Part shown: in pieces, positions 54,598 through 64,000 of the stretch
Numbering within the stretch: the first letter of the stretch is position 1
Layout: every line of letters begins with the position of its first letter
Assembly: GCA_012295275.1 (NCBI GenBank)
Contig: CM022668.1
Location: 1,860,001 to 1,924,000, forward strand
DNA length: 64,000 nucleotides
From: Chrysomallon squamiferum
Taxonomy: Eukaryota; Animalia; Mollusca
Direction of reading: 5' to 3'
Translations under genes and position numbers: made by a program
Notes under the pieces: generated by a model
Databases searched by the model: none
Seen by the model: only the letters and a program-made list of their open reading frames with translations
Told to the model about the DNA's origin: nothing

Positions 54598-55349
54598 TGA
54601 AGTACTTTTTGCAAACTAAGTTGAGAAAAAAACAAAAATGAAAAGATATAAATTCATGGCTGATTGTCTGAAATAATGTGTTCGCAGAAATCAATTACAG
54701 TAGTTACACACCTCACAGAATCATCAATACACGTTTAATACTGATTAATTACTGCTCTGGGAGTCATCCATAAAACAAAAAGGTCACTGTCATTAATTCT
54801 GTTCTTCCGGTCAGTGCTAACATCTACACAACATATTACAACAACTACAGTTATATTAATTTTTTGTTTTTGTTTCTTTTTATTATTTCATTATTTCATT
54901 ATTTATTTATTTAAAATCGTTTGTTCTATTTGATACTGTCGGATTAAAAATGGTTACAAAATTCTAGGCACGAACAAATAATTTGGCGCCTGTAATTTTA
55001 TTTTGTGTGATATTTATAAAAACAAGTGGTGCAAAAAAAGAAAGAGAAAAGGTAAGAAAAGAAGAAAAAGAAAAGAAAAAAAAAAAAAAAAGAAAAGAAG
55101 GAAATGAAAAAAGAAAAAAAGGAAAGAAAGAAAGAAAGAAAAACGAAGTATATATAAAAAAAGGTTTTGGACAATATTTTCGCTCATTTCGTTTTCCAGT
55201 AATGATATGTCTTTGTTACCGAATTCACTGAGAATCTCGTTCGCGAAATTAGATTTCAGTTCGGGTTAGAAAACAACAACGTCTGTACAGAATTTTTATG
55301 ATGTCACGTAATTTGTGACGTCATTAGACCACAAATACATTTAGCAGAA

Positions 55350-55385
<36 letters not shown>

Positions 55386-56465
55386 AATATCCAAAAATAT
55401 TTAAATTAATACAAGGAAGTTTTTGTAATTAAAGTTATTTTAATTAAATATATTTTTTGTTTTTTTGTTTCTGTTTTATACAACAGCCAACCGGCGTCGT
55501 TTCCTGTAATAAGATTTGCCTGAGCGAAGAATAAGCTCTAACGAGTACGTAAACATCATTACTCCGAACAACAGCGAGCACAAGTCACTAATCCAGCATC
55601 CTTCATACATGATTACAACATAGCTACAAACTACAGCATAAGAAATTGTCTTATTTCCTTGTTACACAGAAGTAAATACGACTGAACGTGTACACACATT
55701 AGAAACACCATTTTCTGTATATCAGTTTTAAATACATTTCAGTCGTCTGCTTGCGCACGTCTTACCAATCACGTGAACTGCTTTTTGTAATTAATAGCAT
55801 TTCGTTATTATTAATTTTTATATTACTTTCGTCTGCTTGAATCTGAGAAAATAAAGGATCTTTCTATCAAACATTTTCCGATTTATTTGGTAATAAATAA
55901 TATTTTCTGTACATTAGTCTGAATTCGTTTTAGACCTCTGTTGAAAGGCTGTGAGTAAGATGATATTTAAAGTTATTGCTGTATATAATAAATTAGATTA
56001 TATGCTTAGCTAAGACCCTTACATTACTCCCACTTTTTAAATTTATTTATTATTTTTTATATTTCATTTATTTTTTAAATTATTTATTGTACGCTTCGTC
56101 CCAGTCATACATATACATATACGAAAATAGATACATAAATACACACGCACATACACGTACACTGCACAAAAACACACAAACACACACATACACGTATACA
56201 GACAAACACACACATACACGTATACAGACAAATACACACATACACGTATATTCAAAGAAGGGTTACAAATACATAAACACACTCACACATCACTCAGACA
56301 CAGAAAAACAAAAGTGTATCAAGTGTAAAGCTGTTACACGCCTTCATCTCTTTCACTCGATTACGCACAACGACTACGCAGACGCTGTAAATGTCACGTC
56401 ATGAAGCAGTCAGCAACAACACGTCTTACATCACCAGTGGGCGACAGAAAAAACAGGTAGATGTA

Positions 56466-56509
<44 letters not shown>

Positions 56510-56516
56510 CAACAAT

Positions 56517-56587
<71 letters not shown>

Positions 56588-57422
56588 CGGAATTATTATT
56601 GTTGTTATTAGAAACACCATTGATGAGCTGTTGTTAAAACTATTGTATTTACTAATGTTGCTGTTAGAACAACCGCAGCTGCTGCTATCACTTCTACTAC
56701 ATTTTTACTACTACTGCTTCTGTTACATCTACTACTACTGTTATTACTACTACTTCTATTACGACTACTATTACTGCTTCTACTACTACTACTACCACAA
56801 TTACTACTTCAGTTATATATATTTTTACTACTACTACTTTCTACTATCTGTTTATATCTAGACAAAGCTAGGTTAGATTTGTATTTGTATTTCATGACCA
56901 AAAGTGAATAAAATTAGTGGGTTTTTTTTTGTTGTTTTTGTTTTTGTTTTCTGACGAAGATTTTAAAAAAATAATAATGTCAGTTAAACCTTGAAGCTGC
57001 AATGTCTGGTTACGAAGAAAATAAACTTGCGAAACTGACGTATAGACACGTTTCATCATTCGCTCCTCAGGACATTGCCCATAGCAACAAAAAGTTAAAA
57101 ACACGCCCAATATAATGTTCTCAATAAGGAGATTTCACGCTGCTGTTTAGTAAAATAAATTAATTAGAAACTGCGGATGTGGATTGATTTCAGCATCATT
57201 TAGATTGTGTTTCTGTTATTCCAGCAAAATCTTCAAATTTCATTTCCTTTCTCATTAGAACTTTCTCGCGTGACGTCAGCGGTTATCTCCCTGTCAGGAA
57301 TAATGTAAGTTTAACATAACAACAACACACACATGTAACCTCGTTATAACTGTCTTCTGTAGTTATCATACTTCTCGAAGTTTATAGTTTTCCCTTTTAT
57401 TTTAATCCTTTTTTTCTCAACA

Positions 57423-57456
<34 letters not shown>

Positions 57457-58772
57457 TATATGTACACGTTCGATATCCTTTTGTTCTTATAGCACGTGAC
57501 GTCACACAATGGGATTGACCTTAGGGACGACTGGTTTTGACGTACTGTTCGTATAACGTCATCATGCTATGACAAAGCTGAAATAGGTTTTGAAATATTA
57601 TCTAATCGAACATGCGTGTGTATGTGAAATTGCGCGCGTTTTAAATTAAATTAATTAAGAATCAACTGTAGTAAACAGAAAATAACAACAGAGGAAACAA
57701 TAAATACCGGATCTAAGCATGAAAGAATTCCACAGTATCATTATGAATACAAACTGTGACACGATTCTGAAGTTCCAGGAATACAGTTTGTAGCTGTTTT
57801 TCAGTTATACCATAATGACGGTGGTCATGTTGAAAATTACAAAACGTTCGTTTCTCTTTTCCGATTAACAAATCAATTCTGTAATGCAGAGAAGAAAAGT
57901 TGTAATTTAAAAAAAAAATTGCATAAGGACATAATAACGACCCTGTATAAATAAATATATATTAACAGACTGATAAATGAATCTGGAGAGAAATAGATAT
58001 AGAGTTAATAAATAAATAAATAAATTAATAAATAAATAATGACAATTTACTTTTTAAATCACTTATACTTGAGTAAAATTTATCAAACTGTACTACTTGT
58101 TTACCTGTATTCGTGCAGGTCCAGTCACGTGACAGTATCTGCGACGCACTTCGTCTGAAGGGAAGCTATGTGAAAGTAAATCGGAAGTCGTCTCATGAGT
58201 AATTACGACTTCCGGTTGAATAGCCAGCAGGTCGATTATTCTGACACAGCCTCGTTAAGAATCATGGGATACGTTAAAATGTCACTACGCCTTTCACTGC
58301 AGGTGTCTTTCTTAATTTAAAATATCTCTCTCTCTCGCTCTTTCTCTCTCTCTCTCGATATTTAAATTTCAACATGATCTTTTGTTTTTTTAAACTGGAA
58401 TGTGCAATTTTCCAAGGATTCCATTTCTCAAACAGTAGTCGTGTTGTGTAATTCACAGTGAGAACAGATACCTGAAAACTGTCGTAATGAACAAAAGCAT
58501 TTCTACGCCTTCCCTTTTAAAAAAAATAGTTATTCTACATACAGATATTTAAATTCTCCCATCAGTATTTATCACACAGATACACGTTCTAACATGCGCA
58601 GTGAAATCATATACAATACAAATTCTTTTAAATATATCGTATTGTAAAATAACAGATATTCATTTTTTTATTTATTATTATCATCAATATCATTACATTA
58701 TTGTTATTGTTATTGATCTTATTATTATCAGTTTATAATTTTATTTTTTAGATACAAAATTCAATCTGATTT

Positions 58773-58846
<74 letters not shown>

Positions 58847-59461
58847 ACAAAATCTTTGACTTACATCAATAAAAGAACATCATTTTATCGTTTATTTGTG
58901 TAATCTGAGCATTTCCGGAAACTCCGGAACAAACCGAGATTTACTGAAGTTACTTTCTGCATTAAACTGGTTGACTTTTAATTTGCTTTGCGTTACGTGA
59001 AGTGTTGATCAAACAGACACATTGTGCGTCTACTTGAAACCAGTTATCATCTCAAACAGAGGAGAACGATCGCTTTTCTTCTGCTGATCGATGTTGTACG
59101 CTTGAGTAATGACTGCATTGACACAAATATTTGAAAGTTACAGGACCGAGAAACTTTCAGTGCACCGTGCAGTCAGTTTGTGTAGTGTGAACTCTAACAT
59201 TGTCCTATTTATTTTAAATACCTCGCCGACCTCTTTGTCTTTTTATTTCCACAGAGTGTCTTTTCGTGTAAAAGTTAATGTAAAAATTACACAAAATCGG
59301 AATTTATAAACAATGACTATTATTTATTGTTGTTGTTGCTGTTGTTAAAGTCGCGCTGGTTTTAGTTTTCTGTCGTTTTACATAATTGTTTTAACAAGTT
59401 TTCAGTGTATGTTTTTCTTCAAATGTTTATTAAAATAAATAAATAAATAAATAAATAAATA

Positions 59462-59529
<68 letters not shown>

Positions 59530-60229
59530 AGAAAAGAGCAACAGATAAACGCGGTGACTGAGCTTCTTCCTTGCATTGTTCAGACAAAAGTTTCAACTAA
59601 AAATAAGAAAATTAACAAAATAATTCACTTCCGTTGTGAACGTTAACAACATCGCCCACTATGACGTCGTTATCAGACTAGACTAGGATTATAACAACTA
59701 CTAAGTACACATAAACAGCATGACGTCAGATTGTGTAAAAACCAGACATACACTTCGACACATTCTGTCACCACGACAACAGATCTGACAGAAACGACAT
59801 ACACACGTGCACAGAATACAATAGCGGTTTCCTCCAAAATCGGCGAACCATCTCTCCGTGTTTCCTCAACACTGTGGTTTCAAACAGCCGCCAAGTCCAG
59901 TGTATTGTTGTCACGATGAACGTAAATCACCTCCTATCGATGATGTTGTTGACAAGTTCAGATTACAACGAAAAACGCCATCACAGTAATCGGAGTAAAG
60001 TGATAGACATAATAATAGATATATCTGGTCTACAGGTAATTATTTATAATCACATAATTACTTTCACCCACATACAGTAACCACTAGCATATAGTTGTTA
60101 TTTCACATCATTCAGAGGTAAAATACTTAATACAGTTATATATATATATCCTTATACATAATTACTCACAGTTAATTAATGTTTAGGTGATTACATTATA
60201 CTTATTATTATTAGTTAATTATTCCAAAC

Positions 60230-60585
60230 AGATAATCAGGTGTTAATTATTTCATACAGCTGGTTTTGTGTTAATTATTTCAGACAGATAATTAGTGTTA
60301 ATTATTTCAAACAGATAATTATGTCTTAATTATTTCAGACAGATAACTACGTGTTAATTATTTCAGACAGATTACCTACTATTCATATAGGTTATTTTGT
60401 AGTATTTTTTATGTTGTATTTTTTTTGTTTTCATATATTGTTACGTGATTTTTGTATAGATTATTACGTGATAATTAATTCATATAGATTATTATTATTA
60501 TGTTGTTGCTTTTTTTAAGGGTGTTTCATATAGATTATTACGTGTTAGTTTTTTCATGTAGATTATTACGTGTTAATTACTTCAG
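60230..60585. repeat. About 27-bp degenerate tandem repeat
   Basis: GTGTTAATTATTTCAGACAGATAATT, decaying rightwards. Confidence 0.8.
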
Positions 60586-61567
60586 CCCATAGCTATGTTG
60601 TAATTGAACAATTTTTTTTTTAACATTCTAGTGTGGTAAATATTATAAATATTTTAGAACTCAGACGAAAAAATGTTAGAGTGAGCGGTCAGTGACGTCT
60701 CATGCATAATTTATAAACTTTTGTCTTAAATTTCACACATGTCAGTCTCAGTTGTCACACGCTGTACTCGTTTCATGAAAAAGTAAAACAGATAAAAAAA
60801 AAAAAGCAAGCACTTACAGGCAGACGCTGTAACAGTTATTCGTATAAACAAATTAAATTCGAGCACTTGCATGGAATGTATATATTGTGTATATATGTGT
60901 ATGTATGTATGTATGTATGTATGTATGTATGTATATATGATATGTATGTACGTATGTATGTATGTGTGTATATATATATTTATGTATGTATTTTTCTATG
61001 TGTATGTATGTATGTATGTATATACGTATGTATGGATGTATGTATGTATGTATGTATGTATGTATGTATGTATGTATGTATGAAATTTAGTATTTTGAAT
61101 ATTCTCTGTCATATGTACATCTGATTAGTCTCCGCACATAGCCAATATTCGGGAAAGATCTGGCACGGGAGGACAAAGTCCAATCAAGTCCTCACAAACC
61201 CGTCAGTTGCTGCTGACGGGAATGTATGTATGAATTTATGTGTGTGTGTATATTTATGTATGTGTGTATGTGTGTATGCTTGTATGTATATGTGCCTGTA
61301 CGTATAGAGATATACGTCTGTATATGTATGTATGTACTTATGTGTTTGTGTGTGCGTATGTGGGTATATATATATATATGTATGCATGCATGTGTGTGTA
61401 TATATGTGTATATGTAAACGATAAAATGATTTCATTAATTACTTTTGATAATTTGTTTATAACGTTAAATAATCGTATTAACATATTTAAATATTACATT
61501 TAAACTAATTTTTTTGAAAACATCCTCTGGATTTTGTTATGTCTAATTTTTTTGGCTGTAAACACTT

Positions 61568-61760
61568 TATCTATCTCTCTATCTGTCTGTCTGTTTGGCT
61601 GTATTTCTCTTTGTCTATCTCTCTATCTGTCTGTCTGTTTGGCTGTATTTCTCTTTATCTATCTCTCTATCTGTCTGTCTGTTTGGCTGTATTTCTCTTT
61701 ATCTATCTCTCTATCTGTCTGTCTGTTTGTCTATATTTCTCTTTGTCTATCTCTCTGACA
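61568..61760. repeat. 44-bp tandem repeat
   Basis: CTATCTCTCTATCTGTCTGTCTGTTTGGCTGTATTTCTCTTT(G/A)T, about 4 copies. Confidence 0.9.
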
Positions 61761-62519
61761 CTCTTTCTGATTCTCTATCTGCCTATCTTTCTATCTATCT
61801 CTGTCTAACTCTATCTAGCTATTCTTTCTTTTTCCATCTTTTTTAATTAAATTACATTTTTATTTGTAGTTACTTCATTTATTACTTAATTAATTTTATA
61901 TGGATCAGTAACGGGTGTATATGTAAGATAAAAATAGTTAATTATGTGTGATTATACTGCGTCTGTGTTCTTTTTACTTCAGTTTAAACATAGAAAATTA
62001 GGTGTTAGCGGGCTAAGTTTAGACACTTCTAGACGTCTGACGCTGCAAAACACTCTTTCGATAAATATAACTATGTCGACACTGTTAGAATAATAGTTAT
62101 TTAAATTTCTGTATAATTGTTTTTCTTTCTTTGGTTTTTCTTTTATCTTTTTCTCTCCTGTTTCATTCTTTCTTTTATTTTTTTCCTTTTTTATTTTGTA
62201 TTTATTTCAATTATCATTGTCATTTTAAAATTAAAAAAGAATTTTTTTTATTTAAACAGTGTCTTTCTTGATGCGAATGTATATGAATACTGTAAACATT
62301 TTGTTATATATATATGTGTCTGTCCGTGTTTATGTGTGTGTGTCTGTTTGTGTATGCATGCTATGTATTCTACTGAAACAACCATAGCAGCAGTAAAAGT
62401 TACAATGTTGCTTTTACTACAACTAACATCAACAACAACAACAACAACAACAACAATAATATTAATAATAATAATAATATTCAGAACAACAACAACAACA
62501 ACAACAATAATAATATTCA

Positions 62520-62571
<52 letters not shown>

Positions 62572-63636
62572 AATAATAATAATATTCAGAACAACAACAA
62601 CGTCCTCGACAACACGGGTAAGAAAAAGAGGAAATGCAGACGGTAACACAGAGAGATTTACATTTAAACCGGGATAAAATAATGAAATTAAAATGTGTAT
62701 GACGTCACAGTACTATGTTGTAATAGCAACAGTAATAGATGTCATATTTCATCTGACTATAGAAGTTTAAATTTTATCTCCTCTCTTTCTAGAATTTAAT
62801 AGTACACGTTTCTCATCGAGATCTCATTTTGTTTGTGATCGAAAAAAAAAAAAAAAAAAAAAAGAAAGAAAGAAAAAAGTTATAACCTGAAACTAACAGT
62901 TTCAAAATTGAGTTCACGTCAAGAAAATGAGCAACTTTTTACAGTTTCCAATCAACGATGTTAGTAATTTCCCATGTAATGTTTTCTTAACAACCGGTTC
63001 TGTTAATAAAATAGGCATCAACATGCAATGATTCACAAAATAATTGTTTTTAACATTTTTATACAGATAAAAAAATAAATAATGTAGAAATTAGAGTAAT
63101 GGAGTTTAGAAGTAGTAAGTACATAATAGGAACAAAATAGCGAATTGTAGATAAATAAAGGCACATTTTTCTCTCTACTTGATATGTCTCCGTTTCTCTC
63201 TCCTTCTCTCTATCCGTGACTCTTTCTTATAAACCATTAAAAAATTAAAATTAAAAATAAAATAAAAAAATTAAATTTTTTTTAAAAAGAACCTGTATGT
63301 ATTGGTAAAGTATTTACATAACGCATATAAGTTGTTGGGAATATATATTTATATAAAGAGTGTTGCTTATATCGTTCTTATTAATTAGATTAGCTGTTTT
63401 TTTGTGTCTTTTTATACTGTTGGCTGCTAAAGATGATTTTCAACGAAACTATCGATTTACATATATGTTCTAATTTATATTATTATACACTTAACAAATA
63501 TTAAAGCTTTTTTAAATAATGTTTTAATGAAATAATAAATATAAATGATGTCTGTGATGAAGAAAATAATGATAATGAATGAATGAATGAATAAAACTTC
63601 TTTCTTTTTGTTTTTTCAGACAACTAAACGTTCATA

Positions 63637-64000
63637 ATGGCGGATATATCTGAAACGCTACTCATCATACCGGATGTCATAGCAGCGACACCTGCAGATC
63701 TAAATCCAAACTACAACCTTAACAGAGGAGACAACTACTCCATACTGACGTTCACGAACTCGACCCTTATTAAAAAGGGAATACTGGATGACGCTCAAGT
63801 TATCGTTCTTGGAATAATTTTGACTGTTGCTCTGTTCGGAAACACGTGCGTTCTCACGGCCTTGGCGAGAAAGCAGAAAATTCGAAGTCGAATGCACATG
63901 TTTATACTTCATTTGAGCATCGCGGATCTTCTAGTCGCTGTCTTCAACGTGCTGCCGCAGATGATCTGGGAAATCCACGGTCAGTTCTACGGCGGCGATT
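63637..64000 (+). CDS. Vasopressin/oxytocin-family (conopressin/cephalotocin-type) class A GPCR, N-terminus to ECL1, truncated by window end
   Basis: Open frame from ATG 63637, missing from the ORF track because no stop lies in the window. N-terminal sequons NYS and NST; TM1 VIVLGIILTVALFGNTCVL; then SRMHMFILHLSIADLLVAVFNVLPQMIWEIHGQFYGGD, matching the TM2-ECL1 signature of OT/VP receptors. A pyrimidine tract plus AG at 63618-63619 implies an upstream non-coding exon. Confidence 0.92.
   Translation, partial: MADISETLLIIPDVIAATPADLNPNYNLNRGDNYSILTFTNSTLIKKGILDDAQVIVLGIILTVALFGNTCVLTALARKQKIRSRMHMFILHLSIADLLVAVFNVLPQMIWEIHGQFYGGD

Larger units (their letters stand above)
55316..62707. promoter_or_regulatory. 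Cluster of five perfect CRE palindromes (TGACGTCA) upstream of the receptor coding exon
   Basis: TGACGTCA at 55316, 57271, 57497, 59721 and 62700; near matches at about 59662 and 60693. Function is inferred. Confidence 0.55.

Noticed and set aside
63700-63912. 70-aa minus-strand ORF
   Set aside because: Antisense shadow of the GPCR exon.

Overview
AT-rich, microsatellite-dense animal genomic DNA, probably a lophotrochozoan such as a mollusc (inferred from gene content and composition). Four genes could be reconstructed by hand. (1) A 12-exon zeta/delta-like tubulin (+, 2695-12195, 407 aa) with a probable U12-type intron. (2) A convergent 27-exon mitochondrial presequence protease PITRM1 (-, 29661-13942, 1003 aa), one exon of which carries a self-compensating pair of 1-bp indels. 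(3) An intronless myo-inositol oxygenase (+, 34948-35799). (4) The start of a vasopressin/oxytocin-family GPCR (+, from 63637, truncated by the window end), preceded by about 27 kb of non-coding DNA with a cluster of perfect CRE sites. The most unusual signal is that many introns of both spliced genes carry tandem or nearby copies of their own exon-intron junction ('splice-junction echoes'), ranging from 1 copy to about 25-30. Most ORF-track entries are translations of simple repeats. All gene models are unconfirmed without transcript data.
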